Positions 11,238 to 24,120 of a stretch of DNA of 64,000 nt are shown piece by piece (position 1 is the stretch's first letter; each line of letters begins with the position of its first letter). The translations under genes were made by a program, and so were the position numbers. The DNA lies in contig NC_057752.1 of NCBI RefSeq assembly GCF_004010195.1, forward strand, positions 3,155,487 to 3,219,486, written 5' to 3'. Under the pieces are notes generated by a model. It was not told the DNA's origin and did no database searches. It was given only the letters and a program-made list of their open reading frames with translations. The DNA is from Chiloscyllium plagiosum (lineage: Eukaryota).

Positions 11238-13140
11238 TCTTCCTCCAGTCCCAACACAGCTTCACTCTGTATCTCCCCTCCTCCTCCAGTCCCAACACAG
11301 CGTCAATCCGTATCTCCCCTCCTCCTCCAGTCCCAACACAGCGTCACTCTGTATCTCCCCTCCGCCTCCAGTTCCAACACAGCTTCACTCTGTATCTCCC
11401 CTCCGCCTCCAGTCCCAACACAGCTTCACTCTGTATCTCCCCTCCTCCTCCAGTCCCAACACAGCTTCACTCTGTATCTCACTTCCTCCTCCAGTCCCAG
11501 CACAGCATCATTCTGTATCTCCCATCCTCCTCCAGTCCCAGCACAGCGTCATTCTGTATCTCCCCTCCTCCTCCAGTCCCAACACAGCTACACTCTGTAT
11601 CTTCCCACCTCCATCAGTCCCAGCACAGCGTTACTCTGTATCTCCCCTCCTCCTCCAGTCCAAACACAGCTACACTCTGTATCTCCCCTCCTCCTCCAGT
11701 CCCAACACAGCTTCACTCTGTATCTCCCCTCCTCCTCCAGTCCCAACACAGCTTCACTCTGTATCTTCCCTCCTCCCCCAGTCCCAACACAGCTTCACTC
11801 TGTATCTCCCCTCCTCCTCCAGTCCCAACACAGCTTCACTGTGTATCTTCCCTCCTCCCCCAGTCCCAACGCAGCTTCACTCTGTATCTCACCTCCACCT
11901 CCTTTCCCAACACAGCGTCACTCTGTATCTCACCTCCACCTCCAGTCCCAACACAGCTTCACTCTGTATCTCCCCTCCTCCTCCAGTCCCAACACAGCTT
12001 CACTCTGTATCTCCCTTCCTCCTCCAGTCCCAGCACAGCGTCACTCTGTATCTCCCCTCCTCCTCCAGTTCAAACACAGCTACACTCTGTATCTCCCCTC
12101 CTCCTCCAGTCCCAACACAGCTACACTCTGTATCTCCCCACCTCCTCCAGTCCCAGCTCAGCGTCACTCTGTATCTCCCCTCCTCCTCCAGTCCAAACAC
12201 AGCTACACTCTGTATCTCCCCTCCTCCTCCAGTCCCAACACAGCTTCAATCTGTATCACCCCTCCTCCTCCAGTCCCAACACAGCTTCACTCTGTATCTC
12301 CCCACCTCCTCCAGTCCCAACACAGCTACACTCTGTATCTCCCCTCCTCCTCCAGTCCCAACACAGCTTCACTCTGTATCTCCCCTCCAGCTCCAGTCCC
12401 AGCACAGCGTCACTCTGTATCTCCCTTCCTCCTCCTCCTCCAGTCCCAGCACAGCGTCACTCTGTATCTCCCCTCCTCCTCCTCCTCCAGTCCCAACACA
12501 GCGTCACTCTGTATCTCCCCTCCTCCTCCAGTCCCAGCACAGCGTCACTCTGTATCTTCCATCCAAACCCTGTCCCAACACAGCTTCACTCCGTATCTCC
12601 CCTCCTTCTCCAGTCCAAACACAGCTTCACTCTGTATCTCCCCTCCATCTCCTGTCCCAACACAGCTTCACTCTGTATCTCCCCTCCACCTCCAGCTCCA
12701 ACACAGCTTCACTCTGTATCTCCCCTCCTTCTCCAGTCCCAACACAGCTTCACTCTGTATCTCTCCACCTTCTCCAGTCCCAACACAGCTTCACTCTGCA
12801 CCACCCCCCCTCTCCTGTCCCAACACATCTTCACTCTGTATCTCCCCTCTACCTCCAGTCCCAACACAGCTTCACTCTGTATCTCACCTCCACCTCCTTT
12901 CCCAACACAGCGTCACTCTGTATCTCATCTCCACCTCCAGTCCCAACACAGCTTCAATCTGTATCTCCCCTCCACCTCCAGTCCCAACACAGCTTCACTC
13001 TGTATCTCCCCTCCTCCTCCATGTCCAACACAGCTTCACTCTGTATCTCCCCTCCTCCTCCAGTCCCAACACAGCTTCACTCTGTATCTCCCCTCCTCCT
13101 CCACAGTCCCAACCCCGCTTCACTCTGTACCTCCCTTCCT
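11238..13140. repeat. 41-bp pyrimidine-rich minisatellite (~46 copies)
   Basis: Unit tctcccctcctcctccagtcccaacacagcttcactctgta, period 41 (11701 to 11742). The 445-aa ORF is a read-through of this array. Confidence 0.97.
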
Positions 13141-13179
13141 TAGCCAGCACTCCCAACCTGGTTCCTAATGTTCACTGAT

Positions 13180-14162
13180 CATGGGATCCCCTACAGTGTG
13201 GAAGCAGGCCGTTCATCAAGTCCACATCAACCCTCCGAAGAGCATCCCATCCTGACCCAACCCGCTCTCCTATCTCTGCACTTCCCGTGCCTTACCCAGC
13301 TGTTCTGCACATCCCTCGTCCCTTATGTCGCAACTTCACATGGCCAGCCCACCCTACCCTGTACTTCCTTGGACACTATGTGACAATTTAGCATGCCTAA
13401 TCCACCCTAATTTGCACTTCCCTGGACACAATGGGCAATTTAGCATGGCCAATCCACCCTAACCTGCACATCCCTGGGCACTATGAGTAATGTAGCATGG
13501 CCAATCCACCCTAACCTGCACATCCCTGGACACTATGGGACAATTTAGCATGGCCACTCCACCCTAACCTGCACATCCCTGGACACTATGGGACAATTTA
13601 GCATGGCCAATCCACCCTAACCTGCACATCCCTGGACACTATGGGACAATTTAGCATGGCCAATCCACCCTAACCTGCACATCCCTGGACACTATGGGAC
13701 AAGGTGGCATGGCCAATCCACCCGAACCTGCACATCCCTGGGCACTATGGGACAATTTAGCACAGCCAATCTACCCTAACCTGCACATCCCTGGACACTA
13801 TGGGACAATTTAGCTTGGCCAATCTACCCTAACCTGCACATCCCTGGACACTATAAGTAATGTAGCATGGCCAATCCACTCTAACCTGCATATCCCTCGG
13901 CACTATGAGTAATGTAGCATGGCCAATCCACCCTAACCTGCAGATCCCTGGACACTATGAGTAATGTAGCATGGCCTATCCACCCTGACCTGCACATCCC
14001 TGGGCACTACGGGACAATTTAGCATGGCCAATCCACTCTAACCTGCACATCCCTCGCCACTATGAGTAATGTAGCATGGCCAATCCACCCTAACCTGCAG
14101 ATCCCTGGACACTTTGGGCAATTTATCATGTCTAAACCACCCTAACCTGCACATCCCTGGAT
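13180..14162 (-). repeat. HE1 tail plus HE1-derived 53-bp tandem array (~15 units)
   Basis: Period 53 (13561 to 13614); SINE tail ccctacagtgtggaagcaggcc at ~13190. Confidence 0.93.
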
Positions 14163-14164
14163 AC

Positions 14165-15170
14165 TTGTACCAGAAGACTGGACGATAGCAAATGTTTTTC
14201 CCTTGTCCAAGAAGGGGAGTAGAGACAATCCTGCTTATTATAGACCAGTGAGCCTTACTTCGGTTGTGGGTAAAGTGTTGGAAAAGGTTATAAGGGATAG
14301 GATTTATAATCAGCTCGAAAGGAATAAGTTGATTCGGGCAGTCAACATAGTTTTGTGAAGGGTAGGTCGTGCCTCACAAACCTTACTGAGTTCTTTGAGA
14401 AGGTGACCAAACAGGTAGATGAGGGTAAAGTGGTTGGTGTTGTGGATTTCAGTAAGGCATTTGATAAGGTTCCCCACGGGAGGCTATTGCACAAAATAAA
14501 GAGGCATGGGGTTGAAGGCAACTTAATGGTTTGGATCAGACATTGGCTCACTGTAAGACGACAGAGGGTGGTGGTTGATGGGAAATGTTCATCCTGGAGT
14601 TCAGTTACTAGTGAGGTACTGCAAGGATCTGTTTTGGATCGACTGCTATTTGTCATTTTTATAAATGACCTGGATGAGGGCGTAGAAGGATGGGTTAGTA
14701 AACCTGCTGATGACACTAAGGTCGGTGGAGTTGTGGATAGTGTAGAAGGATGTTGTAGCTTACAGAGGGACATAGATAAGATACACAGCTGGGCTGAGAG
14801 GTGGCAAATGGAGTTTAATGCGGAAAAACGTGAGGTGATTCACTTTGGAAGGAGCAACAGGAATAAAGAGTACTGGGCGAATGGTAAGATTCTTGGTAGT
14901 GTCGATGAACAGAGAGATCTCGGCATCCAGGTACATCGCTCCCTGAAAGTTGCCACCCAGGTTGGTAAGGCTGTTAAGAAAGTGTATGGTGTGTTAGCTT
15001 TTATTGGTAGAGGGATTGAGTTTTGGAACCATGAGGTCATGCTGCAGCTGTACAAAACCCTGGTGCGGCCACACTTGGAGTATTGTGTACAGTTCTGGTC
15101 ACCGCATTATAGGAAGGATGTGGAAGCTTTGGAAAGGGTTCAGAGGAGATTTACTCGGATGTTGCCTGTT
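14165..15170 (+). mobile_element. CR1 LINE ORF2 reverse-transcriptase fragment (degenerate)
   Basis: KGRSCLTNL, DFSKAFDKVPH, QGSVL, FINDL; catalytic FADD motif mutated to PADD; WQMEFN. Confidence 0.95.
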
Positions 15171-15494
15171 TTGGAAAGACAAGGTACTGTGTGCAAGCGC
15201 CGACTTTAGGCTCATGCTGCCTCAGGCATTCGGCAAAACACACCTCGCTAACAGGAATTGTTAGAGTTGGTAAGACAGAAGCATCTCTCCATTGGTGAGT
15301 CAGTTGAAGGCAAGGGGCCCTCAGACTTAAAAATCAGGGCCAGGGAAGTAATGAGCATCTCATTTACCTCTCAGTCAGTGGGAAGGTGGCATTAGCTGGA
15401 CAGGGCACTATTTTCATGAGGTGCCATGGTCAGTCATCATATTGAACCCTTGGATGTCAAGGGAGAAAGGGTTTGTTCCCATTTTGAACTTTGA

Positions 15495-15740
15495 ATCCCT
15501 ACAGTGTGGAAACAGGCCATTCAGGTCTTCACTGACTCTCCAAAGAACATCCTACCCAGATCTAATCCTGTATGATTCATCTAACCAAAACATCCCTGCA
15601 CGCAATGGGCAATTTAGCCTAACCTGCGCCTGAGGAAACCCACGCAGACTTGGGGAAGATGTACAAACTCCACACAGACAGTCTGTCCCAGGCTGGGATC
15701 GAACCCAGGCAGCAGTGCTAAACACTGAGCCACCATGCTG
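15495..15740 (-). mobile_element. HE1 V-SINE with internal deletions
   Basis: gcagcagtgctaaacactgagccacc head and V-domain on minus. Confidence 0.8.
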
Positions 15741-16032
15741 CTCAAGTAGGCTTGCTGTTTGCTTTCCTGAAGACAGCCTGCGGCAGCTCTTCAGCCAGAA
15801 TAATACAAGGAAGCCTGCAAATCCTTTCGAAGCACATTTCACAATTCAAGTCGAGTGTGACAGGCCTTTATTTTAACTCTGCTGTGGCACTTGTCCCTTT
15901 CTACTGCTGGCTAGTGAGAATCTAACAATCTCAGCATTACAGTGATTCAGTGAGCTGGGCACCTAGTGCTTTTTGAAGGAGACAAATCCACAATTCAACC
16001 ACTTTTACATGAAGAAGGCCAAGGTGGCTGCA

Positions 16033-16365
16033 TGGGGTGGCACAGTGGCTGAGCGGTTAGCACTGCTGCCTCACAGCGCCAGGGACCCGGGTTCAATTCC
16101 AGCATTGGGCGACTGTCTGTGTGGGGGTTTGCACATTCTCCCTGTGTCTGTGTGGGTTTGCTCTGGTTTCTTCCCAAAGTCCAAAGGTGTGCAGGTCAGG
16201 GTGGATTGGCCATGTTAAAATTTCCTGTAATGTGTAGGTTAGGTGCATTAATCAGAGGTAAATGTAGAACAATGGGGATTGGGTCTGGGTGGGATAACTC
16301 TTCAGAGGGTCAGTGTGGATGCATTGGACCAAAGGGGCTGTTGCCACACTGTAGGGAGTCTAAGA
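16033..16365 (+). mobile_element. HE1 V-SINE, near full length
   Basis: A/B boxes (tggctgagcggtt; ggttcaattcc), V-domain, LINE-like tail. Confidence 0.9.
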
Positions 16366-16474
16366 TAAGATCGCCTTGAATAGCCTGCCTCCATTTTTAA
16401 GCTCAGGTCTTCCACTCTAAACTTGCCCAACTGCCCTGCCAATAGAGAAAGGGTTTCTCTCAAACTAACCCCTT

Positions 16475-17345
16475 ACAGTCATACAGCACAGATACAGGCC
16501 CTTCGGTCCAACTTGTCCATGCTGGCCAGGTTTCCCAATCTAAACTATTTCCATTTGCCCCAATTCGCTCAAAGCCCTTCCTATCCATGTGCCTTTTAAA
16601 TGTTGTCATTGTACCAGCCTCCACCACTTCCTCATTCCATACATGCACTACCCACTGTGTGAAAAAAGTTTCCCTTTTAAATCTTTCCCCTCTCACCCTA
16701 AACCTATGCCCTATAGTTTTGGACTCCCCCACCCCAGAAAAAAGACTTTGTCTATTTACCCTATCCATGCCCCTCATGATTTTATAAACCTCTGTAAGGT
16801 CACCCCTCAGCCTCTGACACTCCAGGGAAAACAGCCCCAGTCTATTCAGCCTTCCCCTATAGCTCAGATCCTCCAACCCCTGCAACATCCTTGTAAATCA
16901 TTTCTGAACCCTTTCAAGTTTCACAACATCCTTCCTATAGCAGGGAGACCAGAATTGCATGCAGTGGTTCAAAAGTGGCCTAACCAATGTCCTGTACAGC
17001 CGCAACATGACCTCCCAACTCCTATACTCAATACTCTGACCAATAAAGGAAAGCATACCAGTCGCCTTCTTCACTATCCTATCTACCTGCGACTGCACTT
17101 TCAAGGAGCTTTGAACCTGCACTCCAAAGTCTCTTTGTTCAGCAACACTCTCCAGGACCTTACCATGAAGTGTATAAGTCCTGCTAAGATTTGTTTTCCC
17201 AAAATGCAGCACCTCGCATTTATCTGAATTAAATTCCATCTGCCACTCCTCAGCCCATTGGCCCATCTGGTCAAGATCCCATTGTACTCTGGGGTAAGCT
17301 TTTTCATTGTCAACTACACCTCCAATTTTGGCATCATCTGCAAAT
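16475..17345 (-). mobile_element. CR1/HER1 LINE 3' fragment
   Basis: Minus ORFs WAEEWQMEFNSDKCEVLHFG and LFSLECQRLRGDLTEVYKIM. Confidence 0.93.
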
Positions 17346-17379
17346 CTACTTGACTACATTTTGTAGGATTTTGCTCAGA

Positions 17380-17990
17380 GCATTTTGTATCGGAGTTGGG
17401 ATGTCATGTTGCAGTTGTACAGGATGTTGGTGAGGCTATTTTTGGAGTACTGCACACGGTTCTGGTCTCCCTGCTATATGAAGGATATCATTAAATAGGA
17501 GAGGGTGCAGAAACGATTGACAATGTTGTTACTGGGACTGGAGGGCTTGATTTCTGAGGAGAGGCTGGATAGGCTGGGGCTGTTTTCCCTGGAGCGTCGG
17601 AGGCTGAGGGGTGACCTTATAGAGGTTTATAAAATCATGAGGGGCATGGGTAGGGTAAATAGACAAGGTCTTTTTCCCTGGGGTGGGGGAGTCCCGAACT
17701 AGAGGACATAGGTTTAGGGTGAGAGGGGAAAGATATAAAAGAGACCGAAGGGGCCATTTTTTTCACACAGAGGGTGGTGCATGTGTGGAATGAGCTGCCA
17801 GAGGAAGTGGTGGAGGCTGGAACAATTACAGCGTTTAAAAGGCACATGGCTGGGTATATGAATAGGAAGGGTTTAGAGGGATATGGGCTAAGTGCTGGCA
17901 AATGGGACTAGCTTAGGATAGGATATCTGGTCGGCATGGACGAGTTGGACCGAAGGGTCTGTGTCTGTGCTGTATAACTCTATGACTATG
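17380..17990 (+). mobile_element. CR1/HER1 LINE 3' fragment
   Basis: LDRLGLFSLERRRLRGDLIEVYKIM; tail ctctatgactatg. Confidence 0.93.
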
Positions 17991-19149
17991 ACGAGAAGTG
18001 ACCCAGAAGCTTCTACATTCGTGGGACTATGAGTCCAGTTTATGAAATCTCTCTTTACAAATCTAACCCACAGTGGCCTTTCAGACGTCTGCTATCCAAA
18101 GATAGCTTTATCGAAAGACATTGGTGACCATCAGCAAACAACTAATTGTAGGAGAGAAAAGAAACACAATGCTGGCATACTGCAGGGGATGTATAAAATA
18201 TTGAGGAAAAAATATAAATTAGAGATGGCCCAAATTTCAAAGCTGGTATTGGATAACACGAGACTTGGTCACTCTGAAATAATAAACACAATGTAAATTT
18301 ATACGGCCTCAGATATTTTAGTCCATATAGTCGCATGTGTTAGCAACTTCTACATTCTAACTGCTTCCTGGATCGAATTCTACATTGGATTTATTCGTGA
18401 TTATTTTACCTGTACTGCCCTCCAGTTTTTGACTCCCTGTTTTGAGGGAATTGGGGCACTTTTGGGGGTAATCCTGGTTGGTCCTGGCGTCAAACACTGG
18501 TCAGAGGTTCAGTTAACTCCCCTCGAAGCGACCTAGTGCTTCCTCCAGGCAGAGAGGATCTTGGCTGGTAAACGATTCACCTCGGCAGGAGGTCTCTCCC
18601 ATTCAAAACAGCGAAAAACATCCATCCTGTATTTGCGGGGTGACATAAGGCTGGTGAGATTTGCTGAGGCGAAGGAAAGTTATATTGGAAAAAAGAATCA
18701 GTTGCTGAAAGAAAAACGACTGCAATATTAGTTTTCGTGCCATAATATTAGATTTAATATAGCCTTGGATTTGATTTTGAAATATTGGGTTGAGAATTTC
18801 CTCCCCGTGTTCAAATTCTACTCTGGTTTTGTCGTCTGTATTTCTTCCGCTCTACATCCATTTGAGGTATCTGTCTTCCGCCAATTTCAGTTTCACATGT
18901 CGCCCCAGTTCGACATGGTCCACCATTGAACTCCCTTCCACTGTCGGAGCCGCATGAAGGGATGCTATATAAATGCAGGGTGTTGCTGTAGGCTCGGCAT
19001 TGCAACAAAAGATCTTGTGCGACAGGATTGGTGCTGTGATATTGAACTTAACATGATTGGGTAGAAGTATTGTTCGGTTTCGTATCGTGACACTGGATTT
19101 CAGATTGGAAGGTTTGTGTGCTGCTGCCCTGTCCCTCAGTCAGAGATAC

Positions 19150-19649
19150 NNNNNNNNNNNNNNNNNNNNNNNNNNNNNNNNNNNNNNNNNNNNNNNNNNN
19201 NNNNNNNNNNNNNNNNNNNNNNNNNNNNNNNNNNNNNNNNNNNNNNNNNNNNNNNNNNNNNNNNNNNNNNNNNNNNNNNNNNNNNNNNNNNNNNNNNNNN
19301 NNNNNNNNNNNNNNNNNNNNNNNNNNNNNNNNNNNNNNNNNNNNNNNNNNNNNNNNNNNNNNNNNNNNNNNNNNNNNNNNNNNNNNNNNNNNNNNNNNNN
19401 NNNNNNNNNNNNNNNNNNNNNNNNNNNNNNNNNNNNNNNNNNNNNNNNNNNNNNNNNNNNNNNNNNNNNNNNNNNNNNNNNNNNNNNNNNNNNNNNNNNN
19501 NNNNNNNNNNNNNNNNNNNNNNNNNNNNNNNNNNNNNNNNNNNNNNNNNNNNNNNNNNNNNNNNNNNNNNNNNNNNNNNNNNNNNNNNNNNNNNNNNNNN
19601 NNNNNNNNNNNNNNNNNNNNNNNNNNNNNNNNNNNNNNNNNNNNNNNNN
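19150..19649. other. Assembly gap (500 N)
   Basis: N run. Confidence 1.
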
Positions 19650-19945
19650 GAACCAGAGGACACAGTTTAAAAATACGGGGTATACCATTTAGGTCAGAAA
19701 TGAGGAGAAACTTCTTCACCCAGAGAGTGGTGGCTGTGTGGAATGCTCTGCCCCAGAGGGCAGTGGAGGCCCAGTCTCTGGATTATTTAAGAAAGAGTTG
19801 GATAGAGCTCTCAAGGATAGCGGAATCAAGGGTTATGGAGATAAGGCAGGAACAGGATACTGATTAAGGATGATCAGCCATGATCATATTGAATGGTGGT
19901 GCAGGCTCGAGGGGCAGAATGGCCTACTCCTGCATCTCCTGTCTA
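19650..19945 (+). mobile_element. CR1 3' end (different subfamily)
   Basis: TRGHSLKIRG..MRRNFFTQRVVAVWNALPQRAVEA; tail gaatggcctactcctgca. Confidence 0.9.
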
Positions 19946-20204
19946 TTGAAATATCTCCCTGTCTGCTTAGTCTGGGGGTAAACCAGGAACCGTGCCGGAC
20001 AGCTCCGGACTGGCAGCACTTGCCCAGGTGCACAATGGGGCTTTTAAAGATGGCGCTGGTGCTGGTGTATCCCAGGCTATCCTGGTGCTTCCGAATTAGT
20101 TTTGGATTCATGAAAGGGTAACACAGGGCTAGAATAGGCACCATAGCAGTGGGGTAGGTACTTAATGAGGCAGGGTTTGGTAAGATGCAGTGACAGATCT
20201 CACT

Positions 20205-21250
20205 CAGCCTCCCTGTGCGGAGTTTGCACATTATCCCCATGTCAGTGTGGGTTTCCCCTGGGTGCTCCAGTTTCGTCACACAGTGCAAAGATGTGCAGGT
20301 CGGGATGGATTGGCCGTGCTAAATTGTCCCATAATGTGCAGGTTAGGGTGGATTGGCCATGCTAAATTGTCCCATAATGTGGAGGTTAGGGTGGATTGGC
20401 CATGCTTAATTGCCGCATAGTGTCCAGAGATGTGCAGGTTAGGGTGGATTGGCCATGCTAAATTGCCCCATAGTGCCCAGGGATGTGCAGGTTCAGGTGG
20501 ATTGGCCATGCTAAATTGCCCCATAGTGTCCAGGGATGTGCAGGGTAGGGTGGATTGGCCATGCTAAATTGCCCCATAGTGCACAGGGATCTGCAGGTTA
20601 GGGTGGATTGGCCATGCTAAATTGCCCCATAGTGCACAGGGATCTGCAGGTTAGGGTGGATTCGCCATGCTAAATTGTCCCATAGTGCCCAGGGATGTGC
20701 AGGTTAGAGTGGATTGGCCATGCTAAATTGTCCCATAGTGTCCATGGATGTGCAGTTTAGGGTGGATTGGCCATGCTAAATTGTCCCAAAGTGTCCAGGG
20801 ATGTGCGGGTTAGGGTGGATTAGCCATGCTAAATTGCCCCATAGTACCCAGGGATGTGTAGGTTAGGGTGGATTGGCCATGCTAAATTGTCCCATACTGT
20901 CCAGGGATGTGCAGGGTAGGGTGGATTGGCCATGCTAAATTGTCCCATAGTGTCCAGGGATGTGCAGGTTAGGGTGGATTGGCCATGCTAAATTGTCCCA
21001 TAGTGCCCAGGGATGTGCAGGTTAGGGTGGATTGGACTTGCCACATTTTTCCATAGTGTCCAGGGATGTGCAGGTTAGGGTGGATTGGCCGTGCTAAATT
21101 GTCCCATAGTGGCCAGAGATGTGCAGGTTAGGGTGGATTAACTTGGGGAAATGCAGTAGTGGGGGTCTTGGTGGGATGTCCTTCGGAGGGCCGGTGTGGA
21201 CCCGATGGGCTGAATGGCCTGCTTCCACACTGTAGGAGGTTCGATGGTTC
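20205..21250 (+). repeat. HE1 V-SINE expanded by a 53-bp tandem array (~16 units)
   Basis: V-domain at 20215-20290, array gatgtgcaggttagggtggattggccatgctaaattgtcccatagtgtccagg, SINE tail at 21140-21250. Confidence 0.93.
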
Positions 21251-22129
21251 TAAATGGTGCAGCTGTTCCAGGCATTTTGTGCAATTGGCAATCTGTGGGG
21301 TATCTCTTCCTTGCTACCATACTTATAACTCAGGAGCGGCACCCACATCCCATGAATGAATTTAAAATAAAATGACCTGCACATTAAACTCGACTTTATT
21401 TTCCTGGCAAATTCTGGACCATTAAGTGCGTTATATACTGGCTGTGATAATGGGAAGACTGCGCAGTATATGAAATGAATATGCTCCCCAGAGCTTTGCA
21501 AATCCGCAGATTATCTTTTGCATGAAAAAGCGTCGTTCTTTGATCTTTCATCTCAAGAGACAATGAGCTGCCTTTACAGTGCCCTAGACACTGCAATTTG
21601 AAACAATGCCACTCAGTTCGATACCGCGTGATAGAAAATGTGTTCACAAACAAAAACCTATTAAGGGCTTTCCCTATTTAAAATGTAAATGAAATTTTCA
21701 ATATTAGCATATCAATAAGAAATCAGACTTATCTTTATTTACAGGCAAGATGGATTTGGTGGTTGGTGCTTTCACACGAGTATTTTCAAGGTCAAACTAT
21801 TCAGATAATGAGTGGACTCTGGAGCCAAAGCAATCTTTGAGTTTGTCTCTTAACTTTGTGGCAAATTGGCTTGTACTTGTCAAACTGGGGGACAGCTAGC
21901 TGTGAATGCATGAAATTTACACCATTTCTGGCGCTGGTCTCGGTTCAATGATGCCACGTAGACTTGCCTCCAGTCTGCTCAGTGACCTGTGCAAGGGAAT
22001 GCAACTCAGAGACCTCACCATCATTTTGTGAATTCAGAAACAGCACTGACAAAGGAGCTGCATTAACCAGCTGTGCTCTTATCCATGCCTTCGGTTTCTC
22101 TAACCTTGATGATCGCAATGGATTTGGAG

Positions 22130-22440
22130 TGGTGTGGTGGCTCAGTGGTTAGCACTGCTGCCTCACAGTGCCAGGGACCTGGTTTCGATTCCAGCCTCGG
22201 GCAACTGTCCTTGTGGAGCTTGCACGTTCTCCCTGCGTCTGTGTGGGTTTGCTCCGGTTTCCTCCCACAGTCCAAAGATGTGCAGCTCATGGGAAATTGC
22301 CTCATAGTGTCCAGGGGTGTGCAGGCCAGGTGGATTGACCAGGGAAATGTAGAGTTACAGGTCTGGGTGGGATGCTCTGTGGAGGGGCCAGCATGGAATC
22401 AATGGGCTGAAAGGCCTGCTTCACACTGCAGGGATTGTAT
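22130..22440 (+). mobile_element. HE1 V-SINE
   Basis: ggtggctcagtggttagcactgctgcctcacag head, V-domain, tail. Confidence 0.9.
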
Positions 22441-22649
22441 GAATACATTTGGATTCCCTGTGAGCATGAATAGTTCTGACTCAAGCAGTCTGTAAACCAT
22501 CATCCAAATCTCTGCTGCCTGCGTGCTAACTCGATCAGCCAGCAACACTAGTTCCCACTCGAGCAAGATCGGGATTTGAAAATTCTCATCCTGGTTTCCA
22601 AATCCCTCCCTATCTCAGCAATCTCTGTACTCTGATTGTTGGAGAATTC

Positions 22650-23295
22650 AGTACTTCCACCACTTCCTCATTCCATACACGTACCACCCTCTGTGTGAAA
22701 AAGTTGCCCCTTACATCCCTTTTATATTTTTCCCCTCTCACCCTAAACCTATGCCCTCTCGTTCTGGACTCCCCTACCCCAGGGAAAAGACTTTGTCTAT
22801 TTATCCTATCCATGCCCCTCATGATTTCATAAACCTCTATAAGGTCACCCCTCAGCCTCCGACGCTCCAGGGAAAACAGCCCCAGCCTGTTCAGCCTCCC
22901 CCTTTAGCTCAAATCCTCCAACCCTGGCAACGTCCTTGTAAAATACTCAAAAACAAACCTGAAAGACCTGCAGATGCCATAAATCAGAAACAAAAATAGA
23001 AATTGCTGGAAAAGTTCAGCAGGTCTGAGAAGCCTCTGCGGAGAGAAATCCGAGTTAATTTTTCAGTTCTGAGGAAGGGTCACTCGATCCGAAATGTTAA
23101 CTCTGACTTCTCTCCACAGAGGCTGCCCAGACCTGCTGAGCTTTTCCAGCAATTTCTGTTTATGTAAATTCTTGGTAAATCTTCTCTGCACCCTTTCAAG
23201 TTTCACAACATCCTTCCTATAGGAGGGAGACCAGAATTGAACGCAGTATTCCAAAAGTGGCCCAACCAATGCCACAACATGAACTCCCAACTTTG
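22650..23295 (-). mobile_element. CR1/HER1 fragment interrupted by a PLE hairpin
   Basis: ORFs 22610-22822 and 23063-23290 ([26 protein letters not shown]). Confidence 0.88.
22950..23165. mobile_element. Inverted pair of PLE pseudo-LTRs (family C) with hammerhead motif
   Basis: Left arm agaaattgctggaaaagttcagcaggtctg is the reverse complement of right arm cagacctgctgagcttttccagcaatttct; plus-strand agtt-CTGAGGA-a-gggtc-actc-gatcc-GAAA-tg-TT-aact at 23065-23102. Confidence 0.8.
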
Positions 23296-23500
23296 ATACT
23301 CTCCTTTGAGCTAGCTTTTGGTCTGGCCTATTATCTCATGTGGGGAGTTTGGTATCATATTTTGCTACATGATGCTTTGCTGATGAGTCTTGGGATGTTT
23401 ATTATGTAAAGGTGCTATATGAATTGTAATTATTGGCATGCAACACAATGCTTTTTCTTGACACAGGAGCAAGTGGATGATACTGAACGCTTGGAACAAA

Positions 23501-23855
23501 TGGGTGGCACTGTGGCTCAGTGGTTAGCACTGCTGCCTCACAGTACCAGAGACCTGGGTTCAATCCCAGCCTCGGACGACTGTCTCTGTGGAGTTTGCAC
23601 GTTCTCCCTGTGTCTGTGTGGGTTTCCTCCGGGTGCTCCGGTTTCCTCCCACAGTCCAAAGATATGCAGGTTAGGGTGAATTGGCCATGCTCAATTGCCC
23701 ACAGCGTTCAGGGATGTGTAGGTTAGATGCATTGACCAGGGGTAAATATAAGGTAGGGGAATGGGTCAGGGTGGGTTACTCTTCACAAGGTAGGTGTGGA
23801 CTTGTTGGGCCGAAGGACCTGATTCCTCACTGTTAAGGATTCTATAGTTCTATGA
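23501..23855 (+). mobile_element. HE1 V-SINE, full length
   Basis: A/B boxes, V-domain, tail. Confidence 0.92.
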
Positions 23856-24120
23856 AATGGCACCAACACTTACTCTGCGTATGACATACTGAACTTCAGG
23901 CCTTGCCTGCGATTTTCTGTATCATTATGTACAAATTGGCTGCCACATTTCCCTCCATTACAGTGACTACACTTCAAATTGATGGTAAAATACCTTTAGC
24001 ATGCACTTAGGTCATGGACCAAGTCTTTATTTATAATTTAAACTGCTCTTGACGCATCATCAGAATGCTTTATATCTACCTCCCTAAAGCCAGCGCGAAA
24101 CAATTGAAGCTCATCCATAA

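Noticed and set aside
11841..13178. 445-aa Pro/Ser-rich ORF as an extensin- or mucin-like gene
   Set aside because: Read-through of a 41-bp array cycling through all frames; no ATG start, no splice context.
10262..14162. CRISPR-like arrays
   Set aside because: Head-to-tail tandem units without unique spacers, no cas genes, and a vertebrate context.
14355..15209. Functional or domesticated reverse transcriptase
   Set aside because: Truncated at both ends, FADD changed to PADD and other conserved residues lost; an ordinary dead CR1.
19048..19867. Long ORFs spanning N runs (also 35207-36586, 42847-43412, 59339-60257)
   Set aside because: Artefacts of translating assembly gaps.
23501..23575. 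tRNA genes at SINE heads
   Set aside because: A/B boxes continue into the V-domain and LINE tail; these are SINE heads, not tRNAs.
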